A stretch of 64,000 bases of DNA from positions 227,993 through 291,992 of the forward strand of contig NW_019218183.1 in the NCBI RefSeq assembly GCF_002571385.2, given 5' to 3'. This DNA is from Stylophora pistillata (Eukaryota). A program made the position numbers and the translations under genes. Shown here one piece after another: positions 1-12,845 of this stretch. The notes under the pieces were generated by a model. It worked only from the letters and a program-made list of their open reading frames with translations, did not search any database and was not told the origin of the DNA. Position 1 is the stretch's first letter. Each line of letters begins with the position of its first letter.

Positions 1-282
1 CATGTAAGACAGTGTAAGTGTTTAAATAAAAACGAGACTACAGCAAAACCTTCTTCGGCGTTTCCTCCATCAAGAAACTACGATCAAATGCAGAATTTGA
101 AAACGCGGGAAAAGCGATATTGATTACAATCTCTTGTGCTCTGATTGGTCACATAAGAAACGATGTCAGTGATCTCATTGGTGCAAAGACAACAAAGGGA
201 AAGGAATGTTGTTCGAATGTGAGCAGCCGTTTGTGGGGAGGAGCGTTGCGTGACGAGACTAAAAACGGCTGCGAGGGAGAAC
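1..282. mobile_element. Right end of an Academ-like non-autonomous DNA transposon in a SYMPK intron (left end outside window)
   Basis: 233-282 (GGGGAGGAGCGTTGCGTGACGAGACTAAAAACGGCTGCGAGGGAGAAC) matches the right TIR of the elements at 22677-22791 and 51023-51955. Confidence 0.55.
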
Positions 283-570
283 CTTCATCTCTAAGCTCAC
301 GCAATACTCATCACTAAGCTCACGCAATACCACCAACTTCGTAGGCTGAATCAGATAGCTAGAATACTATGCATTGGGCGGTTCCTCCTTTGCTCTTTAA
401 ACAGACTGTTCGTGCTTCCAAAGAGGATTTTAAAATTTCGTTTCAAAACGGTTTGTTTGGGGGGACTAAATCTCCTTAATAGGTTATTGGGGAAAAAAAA
501 CAATTTCATTGGAAGTCACAAAGGATAAATATATTTACTTGAGCTGCTTTTGTCTTTGTCTGTCTTGCAG

Positions 571-3500
571 AAGTAGCTCCGGGCGAGTGGACAGATGACA
601 CGATCAAACTCTGTCTTTATTTATACCTGGCATTGCTTCCGCAAAACCACAAGCTGTTTCATGAGTAAGTCAGTCACTAACATATAACAGTAATATACGT
701 AGATACGTTGGAGGAGAGTTGTAACACAACAAGGGCCCTCTGGGATTCTTGAAGTTGCATAGCTTGGGTAGGCTTTTAATGATTTGAGGTGTAGTAAAGA
801 GTCCGGAAAACAGTTATTTGGGGGTCGAAATATTTGCAGAGGACACTCAAGAAAAAAAAAAAAAAAGTTATTTCTTCATAACCAAAAGGTTATCTCTGTC
901 GTTCTTTTATCATGGTATGAATAATATTTAAAAAGAGAAGCAGTGTAAATATATCTTATTAACCAAGCGCAAGGGCCGTACTGGGAGAATATCGGCCCGA
1001 GGTCTTGACAGTACGGCAGCGAGGTCCGTGCAATAAAGACCCAGGGCCGATATTCTTCCAGTACGGTCCCGAGCAAGCTAAATTAATAAGAGATTTATTA
1101 TACGACTAAAGTTCAAAGGGATACAAGTGCGGTATCATTCGGGACCATTCGGGACAGTGCCCGGTCCAATACTGAGAGAATATCGACCGGCAATAGAACA
1201 TTTTGATTGGTTGATTTTAGTTATTGGCCCTCTGACTGCCCGAGTCGTGTAATAAATCCTCTTATTTCGCGATCTCTTTTTCAAAGCTTTACAGGGAATC
1301 TCCTTTCTTTATACTACTGAACCTTAGGTGATAGTTTAGTCATTGCCAGGCAGGTACTCTCCCCATTCCCAAAACCTAAACTTACTTGTCTGTACTTTTC
1401 CTGTCCTTTCTAGGCTGGCCAAAGTATACACAGCTTCCTCGCAAATCATAAAAAGGATCATTCTTAGACACCTTGAACATCCCGTAAGTATCTTTAATCC
1501 GTCAAACGTATTTTGGCAAAACGACTCTTTGTTGCCAAAGCGTACCTTTTATTGCGCGAAAGAGGCGTAGCTTTTACAAGGGACTTCAGTCTTGTAAGTT
1601 CCTTCAGTACTGTTCCTGGGTCGATACGGAGTTGTTTCGTTAAATCTCGGCCCCGTTATAACCACCTTATGCACGCTTTGCATTCAGATGTGTTTTATTT
1701 ATATTTTCCCCTGAAATCTTTCAGGTTCGTGCAATCGGTATGGCTTCTCCTGAGCTCTTGCAGTTGGTGGAGAACTGTCCAACGGGCGCTGAAACACTTA
1801 TAGCCAGGATCTTGAACATAATTACTGACAAAGGTAGTGCGATGATTTGTTTATTGAGAAATCAAACTTCAGTTTAACTCGTAACGTGAGAAATACGAAG
1901 TATTTCATAGCTACTGATAGGAGATTGGCTTGAAAACATTGAAAACAAATTTACGGCAGTGCAGGATTGCTCGCTATCTTGTCTCTTAAAAGAAACGATA
2001 AATCGAAGGGGTAATACTCTCTATTAAGGGGGGGGGGGTGGTTCAAAGGCGAGAGAAAGAAGAGGGCTCCAACACAAATAAAACAAACTTTTTACAACGC
2101 TGAAGGTGAATTTCTTAACTTTAAAGACAATAATCTCTTCTTGCCTATCCTTAATCTTTGACATTTAGTCTCTAAACGTTCCTGAGAATTAAAGTAATGA
2201 TGCGCGCAGGTTGGAGGCGAAACTCTGTTAATCAATGCTCATTTTGGTTTTCTCTTTGGTTTCCAGCGGTGCCCACGGATGAACTGGTGAAGCGAGTCAA
2301 GGAGCTGTACCATAAGCGCGTGTCTGATGTGCGATTCCTGATTCCAGTACTTACCGGATTGAAGAAGCAAGAGATCATCGCTGTGCTGCCCAAACTGATC
2401 AAACAGTCGCCCAGTGTTGTCAAAGAAGTGTTTAACAGGCTGCTAGGATGCTTCCATAGTGAGTACAGTGCATCGCTGGTATTGATGTAAACACAAGCTT
2501 GCTTGAGATCGTAAGCGCGGAGTATGTGAAGTTGTAACGCATCATTTACCACTCCATCATTGTATCACTACAGCCGCATCGCACAAGTGTGCCATAGTTG
2601 TATCTCTGTGTATTTTTATGTAGTATGTTTTTGATGCATGGCTATGTGAAGAGTGTCGGGGAAAAAAAAAAAAGAAAAATGGAGGTACTTTTGTTTGTTT
2701 CATAAGAGAAATATTAATGTATTATTTTCCTTATCAGGTGATTCTAAAGTATCTGCCACCAGTCCTCTCAGTCCGTCCGAACTCCTGGTCGCTCTTCACC
2801 AGATCGAGGCTAAGAGTGACATGAAGTCTGTTATGAAAGGTAATCCAGTATTCAAAGATGTTGTTTGGTAAAGAGAAATTTGGATGAGATGTTAACGATC
2901 TTTCCTTTGTGAGCAAGGATAAAGTCGAGTTTCCATTATCGGTCTGGGTTTGTGCTTTCTTTTTTAACCTGTGATAGAGAGCAAATGCCGTTATTATGCA
3001 TAAAATACTTGCATTTCATGAAAAAGTGAATAGAGATTCAGAAGGGCCATAACACGTTTTTAACAAGCATGTGTTTCATTCCTCTCTCAGCCAGCAGCTT
3101 GTGTTTTGCGGAGAAGACCATTTACACTCAAGAGGTGCTAGCAGTGGTTTTACATCAGCTTATGGAAATGAATCCCCTTCCTACTCTATTTATGAGAACG
3201 GTAAATTTCTTTTTGACAATGTAAATTCTTCTCTTTTCCCCTTACATTTTCTTCTTTCTCTCCCAAGTATGAGACAGGCTCATTTTGGACTGACATTTTA
3301 TGCCACTAGAACATAATCGTAAATATTCAGCTGCAAATTATGTCTCCATCACCTCTGTATCACAGACCGTTCTATTGTGTTGTAACAAGTACACCTGTAA
3401 TAAGAAACTATTATCTTATTGTGGCATTGTCAAGCGACTTCCTTTGTATCTTCACCCTGTAGGTGATCCAGTCTCTCAGCATTTGTCCTCGGTTAGTCGG

Positions 3501-6136
3501 TTTTGTCATGAACATTCTCGCCAAACTTATCACAAAACAGGTGAGTAAAATCAGCCCACAATGTTTTCGTAATCGCCGAAGAGTGGACTAAATATAGACA
3601 CTAGTGTTCGATTCTAGATACTGAGTTTTTTGCGTCCGATATTAAACAATTGTGACTGACTAAGACACTAGAGTCCGACGTTAGACACTATTGTCTATAA
3701 TCAGACACTATTGTCTAAAATCAGTCACAAGTGTCGAAGATCGAACAGTAGTGTCTAAAACTGGACACTAGCATCAAAATCGGTCCTGTCGCTACTGTCG
3801 GATTTTAGACGCCAGTGTTTGATTGGAGATACCACTGTCCGATTTTTGACACTTGTGTTTGATCATAGACACTAGTGTCCGGTTTTGGACACTAGTGTTA
3901 ACTAGACACTAGTGTTAGCGCTATCTACTGCGAGGATCGTGCATCATACGTATCTAATACCGCAGTTCAAAATATATGATCTTCATATATTCATTGTATC
4001 TCAGTGTTAAATTTGGACACTTGTGTCCGACTTCAAGACTGAAGTGTCCGATTTTAAGGTGTGTATTCAGCCTCTTTTTATTCTTTTTTGTCCAAGGTGT
4101 GGAAACAGCCAAAAGTGTGGCAGGGATTTGTGAAGTGTTGTCAGGTAATTTCCAAATTCTCAAAATTATAATTTATTAGGTCTAATGATCATATCTTGGC
4201 TGAACAACTGCGTACCTACCCCCTCACCCTTCCTTAACCCAACATTAGCCCTAACATGTTATTAGTGGACTGTTGTTGGGTTAGGGAGGGGGGAGGGGTG
4301 GGTACGTAGTTTGGTCCAATACTGACTTTGATCTTATTTATACATCGTCTTTTCAGAAACATGTATTAGTATTTTAGTAGACGCTAATAAGCACAGTTTT
4401 GTACACAACTGGAGTGATCAATAAAAAATTTTAAGAAAAGGCCTTGGTTTGACCGGTGCTGATTTTCCTTCAATTACAATGTTTTTTCTGCAGTTCAAAT
4501 AATTTAATTTTTAGTTATTGCCTTTGTAGATTTAGTGTCGAAAAATAATCGCCACGCTAATATTTGATACTTCTTTTTCTTATCAGATGACCAAGCCCCA
4601 GTCCTTCTCGGTCCTTCTTCAACTCCCTTCCCGACAGTTAGAGAGTGTGTTTGAGGTGAGACATTTTGAAAGTTCTCAGTCGTAAAGTTAATGTCCCTCT
4701 AGTGTTTGCCATTCCTTAGGTGAATTGTTAATGTAAATACGACAACACGTCATCTAGGTAGCGCCTTTTCCTTATCCTCCCTCGGGACCCCAGTCACCCC
4801 GTCTAGCGTGTCTTCCCCCCCCCTTCTCCTTACAACCCACATCAGAGAATCTTGTCTCGTGTCATCGCGGATTTTTTTACTCTTAAACAAACGTGCGTAA
4901 GATATAGATAAAAGTCTTGCGATGAATCACGTGTTTAATGAACACGTTGATGCGAATCCTACAGTAGGTAATTTTACTAAGTATTTTTTTTTTTTTTCAG
5001 TTTCCTCGGCGTACATATTTTATTATAATGTCGTAATGTTGTAATCGTATGATCTTTCAGATTTGCCCGGAGCTCAAAGAAAACCTGGTTTTGCATGTTC
5101 AGTCGTTCACTCCTCACCAGGTAAGCGCGGTTGATCATTGATAATCAATGCTTCAGATCAAGACAGTCAATTTTCAACAGCTCAGCTCTCAAGCACCAAA
5201 AGAGTTCCAAGGCTCGCACATTGAAACATCCACCTAAAGTCAAACTGTACCCCTTAATTACGAGAGGAAGTTTAAATATAGAGAACAACCTGAATATTAT
5301 GGAAGTTTGTACATTTGCTTCGCATTTGTGTTCACATTTTGATGTAAAAGCATATTATAGGTAAGAGATTGAAAGAAACGTAAAGCGTTTTCAAGGGCAT
5401 CTTCATAATTTTAGATAGATGTCCGCTAAAATTTGCGTTACTTTTCGTTTTAAAATGCCTTTAAATGGTCGGATTTTCTTTCTCCTTCATCGCCTAATTT
5501 TGAGGTTACACCTCGTTGGGGCCTGAACAGGAAAAAAAAAAAACAAGAAAACTGACGAGAGCTAGGGCGATATTTTCGTGCACCGTATAAATCCTGCCAG
5601 AGTTGAAATCTTCCCCTATAAGTGCGATTTCTGTTCTCCTCAACGAGAGCGCTCTTCAGAGCAACTTAGAAACTTCAATTAAAATATTATTAGACATTAA
5701 CTACAGAAAGAGCACTGAAATTTAGGACAACCACCCCACTCAGAAAAGTTTAAGTAAGCAGTGAGCAGTGTAAGATAGCAACTGTTTTGACAGCGCCGTT
5801 TTATTTTTGTCTTTTTGTTTTTTTTCCTTCCAGCGAGCTCACATACCGAGATCTCTGTTGCAAATCTTAGAAAAGGACGGAAAGAAAGACGAGAAGAAAC
5901 CGAAACCAGAAAAACCAGACAAGGAACAGATCGACCCAGAAGAAGAGGAGGAGGAAGGAGAAGAAGACGACTCGACGAAGGGCGACAAATCTCCGAAGCG
6001 GACACGATTGCACACGAGGGAGGCGCTCAAAGATAAACGGAAATCACGAAGATCGCGCTCCCGCTCCAGGTCACCGCGGAAGAAACGGGAGAAAAGTGCT
6101 GGTGAAGAAAGCGCAAGCGAAGGGGAAATCAATTAG
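571..6136 (+). CDS. SYMPK: Symplekin, 3' part (12 coding exons; 5' end outside window)
   Basis: GT-AG exons 571-664, 1414-1483, 1725-1833, 2267-2458, 2738-2839, 3091-3200, 3463-3540, 4097-4144, 4587-4655, 5061-5120 and 5834-6136 (11 read here) splice in frame. They give [31 protein letters not shown]...[41 protein letters not shown]...[23 protein letters not shown]...[14 protein letters not shown], the symplekin C-terminal domain. Confidence 0.96.
956..1255. mobile_element. MITE-like palindromic repeat in SYMPK intron
   Basis: Imperfect hairpin 956-1090 (TTATTAA...GGGCCGTACTGGGAGAATATCGGCCC...GGGCCGATATTCTTCCAGTACGGTCC...TTAATAA) followed by a second TTATTA...TAATAA module. Confidence 0.5.
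3590..3915. repeat. Degenerate ~21-22 bp minisatellite with palindromic core GACACTAGTGTC
   Basis: Repeated variants of (TA/CG)GACACTAGTGTC(C/T)GATT across the intron, with further degenerate units at ~4000-4065. Confidence 0.75.
4187..4333. mobile_element. Short MITE-like element
   Basis: Inverted arms GATCA...AACTGCGTACCTACCCC...CCTTAACCCAACA / TGTTGGGTTAGGG...GGGTGGGTACGTAGTT...TGATC. Confidence 0.45.
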
Positions 6137-6602
6137 ATGATTAAGGATGGACACTGCACTCTGAAGATCACGACGTGTATAGAATGGTGGTAGACACCAT
6201 TTTGTTAATTTTAAAACTCAACCTTGCTCCCAGACCATCTGTTCTTCCTGCTTCCTGGATCAAGACATCCGAGGAACGAAGTTGGAAAAGAGCCTGCTGT
6301 GTAAAAAGGACACTATCATGATGGTTACCACAAGTGTATTTATGGTAGATTGTGATTAACCATGTGGTCCTGCAGAGGGAAAACACTGAAAGAGAGGAAT
6401 TCCCAAAGCTAGTTACAGTTTCTCAATCTCAGAAAATAGAACCTAAATTTTGAAAATTCGTCATTTTAAATCGGTGTCAATCTTTTTTAATCGTCCTAGT
6501 TCCCTCGTGGTTATTGTCTCTTCTGTCTTGTTCTTTCTTAGTTATTTGGTCCTCTTCGTATATCTATGTACATAAGGCATCGGCCAGAGAACGAAATTGT
6601 AA

Positions 6603-6608
6603 AATAAA
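6603..6608 (+). terminator. Candidate polyadenylation signal of SYMPK
   Basis: AATAAA ~470 nt after the stop codon. Confidence 0.45.
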
Positions 6609-6714
6609 CGAGAAAACGTGACGACGAGTGGGTCGAGGTTATCTTCTCAGCGTATGGAAGATCTCTGCTCTTCGATCGCAAACTTTCGAACTGAAGTATT
6701 CAATCTATCAAAGA

Positions 6715-6960
6715 TATTTTGTTTATTCAACTGAGTTGACAAAGCGAACTGTCCACCGTAGAGGGATTCTAAACCTCGCCTTTTCAGTGTTAGTCCTTCG
6801 AGTGATTTGGCCCGACGAAGGAGTAACACTCGAAACGTAATTTGTAAAATCTCTCTACAGTGGCCAATTCACATTAACAACTCGGTTGAAAAAACCAAAT
6901 TATCCTGTGATACCCCACGCCGATGCAGCACTACATTGTTTTAGAAACCTACCCTCTTAT
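6715..6960. mobile_element. Penelope-like-element-derived repeat with a decayed minimal hammerhead motif
   Basis: Inverted arms (TCAACTGAGTTG...CCACCGTAGAG / CTCTACAGTGG...CAACTCGGTTGA) flank CCGACGA-AG-GAGT-AAC-ACTC-GAAAC-GTA at 6812-6839. A related piece lies at ~48893-48970. Confidence 0.45.
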
Positions 6961-7595
6961 TACTCTGTTTACGCAGATTTATATTAGATAAAATACGATT
7001 GCTGATGTGAATCTAAGATCCCAGCGTTGTACGTGCATATCGTTTTAATAAATTGTTTGATGTTCCGTTAAATAACATGAAATTCATTAAAGCTGAGAGT
7101 TAGGATTTTAGTCGAAGACGCCTGTCATCTCTAATCCAATTGGGAAACGTTGGCAGAGGCTGCCAACAGTTATCAGACATTTTTTGTGTGATCAGTTGTC
7201 AAAATGTGTGCTTTACCATCGTTTTTGAACAACTATTTGCTATGTAGAACCAGTCAGAGAGGAAAGTCTCTCTTTTCTAATGAATTGCAGCCCCTTATTC
7301 ACGGTAATAAACAAAAGTAACGTTCACAAAAAACTGAATAAAACGTCTCATATTTCCATTCCCCCAAGGACAAGACTAATAATCCAATGATTTTGAGAAC
7401 TTATTCGACGATGAAAAAAAAGAAGTTAAAAAAGGGGCTGCATTAGAGGCCTTTGTACAGGTGCAGAACTGCCTTTTATGTAAATAAAATAATCTATTAT
7501 TAATCAGCCTTATTGACGGTTTCGATTGACTATAGATGCCATTTATATTGTGAACGTGCTTCGAGGCTGCAGAAGCTAAAGAAAAGCGCACGAAC

Positions 7596-8534
7596 ATGGC
7601 CACAACCAATTTGACTCACGAAGACAAACGAACTGGGTCTTTCGAAGAACTTCGCTGCTCGAGCACTTTCACCAGTGGAATACACCAGCATCTGATTTGG
7701 ATTTCAGCAATGAATACCTTTCTTTCTATTATTTCTGTTGTTGGCAATTTTCTCATTTTAGCCGCCCTTCGAAGGGAATCTTCTGTTCACCCGCCATCAA
7801 AACTTTTTCTACGTTGTCTGGCCGTAAGTGACTTGAGCGTTGGTCTTCTTGCAGAACCTCTTAACGTTATCTACTGGATGTCACTGGTTTATCAAAACTG
7901 GGATCTTTGCCGGTTCGCGTCGGCCGCATCGTTTATGGTGGGCTATGTATTAGCTTCAGTTTCCTTGTTCACGCTGACTGCGATAAGCGTGGATAGACTT
8001 CTCGCTCTGCTACTAAGCTTAAGGTACAAATATGTTGTGACTATAAAGCGAACATACATAGTCGTTGGTATCTTTTGGGGATTATCCACTGCCGCAGCAG
8101 TATCATCCCTTCGAACGCACCTTATTACCTTTTGGTACAGCCGTATAGGAATATCATTATGTCTAACAACGTCGATTCTTTCTTACACGAAGATTTTCAT
8201 TACACTTCTTCGTCGTCGAGCGCAAGTTCGCGTTGAAATTGAACAACCCGTGCCTAGCGATCAAAGTGTGCTTAACATTGCACGGTACAAAAAGGCTGTG
8301 TACTCTGCGCTTTGGATACAAATGGCGCTAGTTGCTTGTTATCTCCCTTACAGTGTAGTAACAGCCTTGCTTAGTTACAGAAGGCCGTCTCAGTCTTTTT
8401 TTCTTGCTTGGGTCATAGCAGTGAGTTTGGTTTACGTAAACTCTTCCTTAAATCCAATTCTTTATTGCTGGAAGATTACTGAAGTGAGGCGAGCAGTAAA
8501 GGAGACGATCAGAAATTTACTCTGCTGCAGATAA
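7596..8534 (+). CDS. Intronless orphan class A (rhodopsin-like) GPCR, 312 aa; cnidarian adenosine/melanocortin-receptor-like type
   Basis: Seven hydrophobic segments. GN in TM1 (VVGNFLI), LAVSD in TM2, SVDRL (DRY-like) after TM3, CYLPY in TM6, NSSLNPILY (NPxxY) in TM7, helix 8 and terminal CC. N-terminal N-glycosylation sequon NLT. Confidence 0.93.
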   Translation: MATTNLTHEDKRTGSFEELRCSSTFTSGIHQHLIWISAMNTFLSIISVVGNFLILAALRRESSVHPPSKLFLRCLAVSDLSVGLLAEPLNVIYWMSLVYQNWDLCRFASAASFMVGYVLASVSLFTLTAISVDRLLALLLSLRYKYVVTIKRTYIVVGIFWGLSTAAAVSSLRTHLITFWYSRIGISLCLTTSILSYTKIFITLLRRRAQVRVEIEQPVPSDQSVLNIARYKKAVYSALWIQMALVACYLPYSVVTALLSYRRPSQSFFLAWVIAVSLVYVNSSLNPILYCWKITEVRRAVKETIRNLLCCR

Positions 8535-10469
8535 TCACAGAGTTGAATAATTGCCGCATTAAAAGAGTAAAAATATAGAGAAATATTTATAACTTTGTTT
8601 AGAAAATAGCATGAATATAAAATAGCCTGGAAAAGTTGTTCTCTGCCCTACAGACCCCGTTTTTTTGCTCAGAAAAAAAAAAAAAAAAAAGTTCTACCAG
8701 AAGTATTGTATATTAATTAATCTAAGTATGGTTAAGTCGACAGTTCGGTCCTTTTTTTTTTCGAGATCGTTTTGCAATCCTGAGTGATATCTATCATTGG
8801 ACTACAACAACGGATAAGATTGTTATCGTTCATACTGGAAAGATCCATTAAGCTTTATGTAATTAGCTAAAAGCTTTCAATCAATCAAACAGACGATTTT
8901 TACTAATACAACCTGCCTTATAAGAAGCGATAAATTATTTTTAGCATGTATACACCGTACAGTTGATCGGTACTTTTCGCACAAGCTGATTGGCTGGTAC
9001 GGAGGTGACTAGCAAGTACAATTCACCGCCGAGCAGCTGATGAGACCGTTAAAACTTTTTTTTTTTTTTTCTTGGTTGATGGTTGGTTTCTGTGCGGTAA
9101 ACACTAAATTAATTATTCACCTCCACGATGAAAATAATTTTTGACAATAGACGGTGAGAGAGAAAATTTCATTCAACTTTTTTGAAAATCGTTATTTTTA
9201 ATGAAAGAAACTTTAATAGAAAGGATGCCACTAATCCATAGTAGATGATTTTAGATACATATACTCAGTTTAAAAGAAACGTACAACTTTCCAAGAATAA
9301 ATTATGCTCGCATCAATATCATGAACACTTTGTATTTAATCAAGAGAGAGTTTATGATTCCCTCAATCTAATTTGATAATTAGAGTCAAGATACATCTTG
9401 ACCACACACAAAGTTTTGCATGTTCACTCCTGACGCAGCTTCTTGTAGTGTCTCGAATGGGTTTAGGCATTAGTAAAAATTAGTAAAAAAGTGACACATT
9501 TTAACCGTCAGTCGCAAAAAGAGTTCACTGCCAAGTTTTTTCCGTCTACTTCGTGTCATTTTGTATCATTTTTGGCAAGAGAATATATACCATCTTGTTT
9601 TTGGTTAACCGCTAGCCGCTAAATGGCCAATATTTAAACCGTTAGCCGTAAAAGCCATCTTCCCCATTGAGATCCTCTATTTAGTAAATAAACCATTTCA
9701 GGTGGCTGGTATGTTGGCTGTTAATGTCTTCGGCAGAGAGATTGTCTGAAAACGAATATTTAGCCGAGCAACGAAGCTCCCCGGGGCAAATGAGAAATTT
9801 CAAGACATTTCCAATGTGAATTTCATTGTTCGTTTGTTTTTTTTGCACTAGCTTTACATATTTTTGACAGAAACAATCGGAGCGCAAATATCAACGCAGA
9901 CGGGGTTATTGCGAGATAACTGTTCTGTGCTTTTGTACCACGTGATTCTTCCCTCCCTAATTCCTGTTCCTTTTGTCGACATTTAATATTGAAGTGGAGC
10001 ACGTGGGTGTCGTAACACATCTGACTGCTAGCGACACAAGTTACTCAAATAAACCAACACAATTTATTACTGCTCTTTAAAGGCATTCTAGTCTTATTTG
10101 TACACAGACCTTTTTTTTTTTTTTAGAAATCTTCCGTTGGAAAATAGAGTTTTCATAGCAGAAATATATAACCACAATGCGATTTAAGCCCATGATTTCA
10201 TCCAACAAATTTTGCCGCTGTCCATCAACGCGTTCTCTTGATATAGTCTGTGCATCACAGGAACGCGCGTAATTTGTAGAAAGCTAGCTATCAAAATGAA
10301 AAGAATGTTTAGTTAGAAAAAGTAAACGCGCATGATCTACTAAATACAACATGTCACCTTTTTTTTTAATACTAACCAGAAATACAATTTTGACATAGAA
10401 GCAGTACCATATAAACACTTGTTCTTAGACCATCGTAGCTTGATTAAGAAAATAACACAAACAGCGGGG

Positions 10470-10762
10470 ATAAACATTGTATTCCAATGCATTTTATATA
10501 GAACTGGACGTTTCGTATGCTAGTCAACATACATTTACAAAAGTGAACCGTTACAATTGTTGAAAACTATATAAAGTGAATGTAAGAGGTCTGGAACCTA
10601 GACTGAGACAAAAAAAGAATCTACAGCAGGATATGTCTGGACTAATGAGAGGTACCGGGAAAAACTGACTTTCATTGTAAAATTAAAGAGACTTTGTTCA
10701 TTCGAGAGCTAAAGCCTTCCTTTAATGTCAATGTTATTAGTGAGAAGTTGTTATTATTTTAG
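10470..10762 (+). mobile_element. Penelope-like element fragment (GIY-YIG C-terminus plus inverted pLTR piece)
   Basis: 10654-10762 translates TGKTDFHCKIKETLFIRELKPSFNVNVISEKLLLF*, a typical PLE endonuclease end. An upstream inverted segment carries a hammerhead-like GTATG..CATAC-GAAAC-GTC on the - strand (~10507-10545). Confidence 0.65.
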
Positions 10763-11100
10763 CCAGTACTTCTATTGTTCTTAAAGAGAAAACCGGGATT
10801 AAAAAAAACCGCTTAAATCAAGTTAAGTCGGTAAAATAACGACACCAGGAGCAAACAACACACGTATGGAATAAGGTAAGCCATTTTTATTTAATATTTT
10901 CACTTTTAACCATCTCCATGGATATCTTGTAGAAAATCGCATACAAATCCTTCTAAATCGATATGCAAATTGCGTTCCTTGTGTGGTTCTTAAAGTGAGC
11001 TTGGGCCGCCTGTGGAGCGAGGTACGAGCGAGTGAGGGCTTTTAACACAAGCAACGAGTGAATAAAACCCCGTACAAAGCACTTTCTATGTCGTGAGCTG

Positions 11101-11539
11101 TTTATTGCACATAACGCGAGAATTTTCTGAACCCAAATTAGAAACAAAAACTCACTAACAATGCAAATTTAATGGCAATGGAAAATATCGCAGTAAATGT
11201 ACATCAAGGGACTAAGTGCTGAACGAAAAACTGCACTTACAAAAGTTTTTTTTTTTAATCTAAGTACGACATCAATAAAACGATTCGAGCAAAGTCCAAA
11301 ATTTACTTTTAAATTGAGAATCACGAGCATGCGAGCAGTTGCAAAAATTTTGCAAGCACGAGCAAGCGAGCGCCCGTGTAATTCTTTCGAGCAATTCGAT
11401 TGGTTACACTTCGACACGTGAAATAGCTGTATGCCATTTTGATTGGCTGTATGGGCTTTTTTCATATGTGAAAATAAAGCCTATAGATTTCTACAAATGA
11501 ACTTTATGGAATAAAATTTCTCGTGTTATGTGCAATAAA
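11101..11539. mobile_element. MITE with ~26 bp TIRs
   Basis: TTTATTGCACATAACGCGAGAATTTT at 11101 and AAAATTTCTCGTGTTATGTGCAATAAA ending at 11539. Not present in the paralogous unit near 22.2 kb. Confidence 0.65.
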
Positions 11540-12801
11540 TACATATGTATATACCCAATAATTCCTTGATTTACTATCCTCACTGTGTTCTGCGGCTGAA
11601 AGTGTATTGCGCTTGATAAAATAGCCTTCAACTTTCTGTGAGTTTACCAGTCAAGGTTAACCAATCAGGGCGCTCGCTGTTTCTCAATCATTTACAAATA
11701 GAAATAGTCGACAATTTCGGATTTGTCACCATCGCTCGACTCAAAAACACGTTTCCAGTGTCCCTCATTCCTTAGATTGTGACTTCCGGGGACATAATAT
11801 CACGACAAACCAAGATCGACGAGAAGACACAATATGGAGCATGAATGTTGGAAGGAGGAAACGAAAAAAACATTATTTTTAAACTTGTGCCGAAGAGTGC
11901 CAAAGATGTCAAAGAGATGCTCACTCCTGTGGAAAGGAGAGCCTGTAAGTTACTGATGCAGATGGGTGGATGGCCAATGGCTTCATGACTGCTGGTGAAT
12001 ATCGAAAATTCCCTTATCTCTTTATTTAAACAATTTTCTTTCTCAAATGATCGAGAAAATAAAATTCGATGTTATGAGCGGGGAGGGGGTTGGGGGGTAA
12101 GGATACTAGTACAACTGAAAATTGTTTTAAGGTTTAAATATATTTTGGAGATGACCTCGGGTAAGAATGAGGATACATGATGGTGATTGCATTGGGTGAA
12201 GAGTAATTTGGTCTGAGATAATACACTTCTCTTTGCAAGACTTGATCACGTGATCAACTTTCGGTGAACACGAAAACAGTTCACTTTTGAAAAATTTTGT
12301 CAGCACAAGCTGAAAGCGCATATTAAAGTTAGATAACCTGACAATTTTCAGCCGTATATTCGAGCATTATATGGCTCAAATCTCCTTTTAATTCAAAACA
12401 GGCAATTTGAGCCCTTAAGAGAAAGATTTAACGACAGTTTTAAAAAATTGGAGTTTACAGGAATTTGTATGAAAAACCATGTCAGCGGACTGGGTGGCAA
12501 AAGTTGTTTTTCTCATACAAATCCTTCTAACTTTCGGCGGCCGTTGCTATCGCAATCGTGACTGGGTGACAATCGATAATTTTGAGATTCTGGTTTTAGC
12601 GTTTATCCCAAATTATAGCGTACTGATTGTTCGCAACAAATGCAACATTGCGTTTAATTATGAATTATAAATTTGACTTCCTAAGACAACAACTCACTAA
12701 CATCGAGGATCGAAACGCGCCAATCCCAGCTGTAAAATAACAACCAATCACAGCGGAGCATCCTGCTTAAAAAGAAGACCCGAAACCATGCAGTCTCCGT
12801 T

Positions 12802-12845
12802 ATCGCATGATGAAGACTAGCAGCATAAAGTCGATACGTCGCGAT
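12802..12845 (+). ncRNA. Decayed minimal type I hammerhead ribozyme (Penelope-associated)
   Basis: Stem I ATCGC/GCGAT, core ATGATGA (for CTGATGA), stem II GACT/AGTC, GATAC (for GAAAC), GTC cleavage triplet. Two core substitutions, so probably inactive. Confidence 0.55.

Noticed and set aside
5697-6132. Overlapping and antisense ORFs at the SYMPK last exon
   Set aside because: Shadow frames of a purine-rich low-complexity exon.
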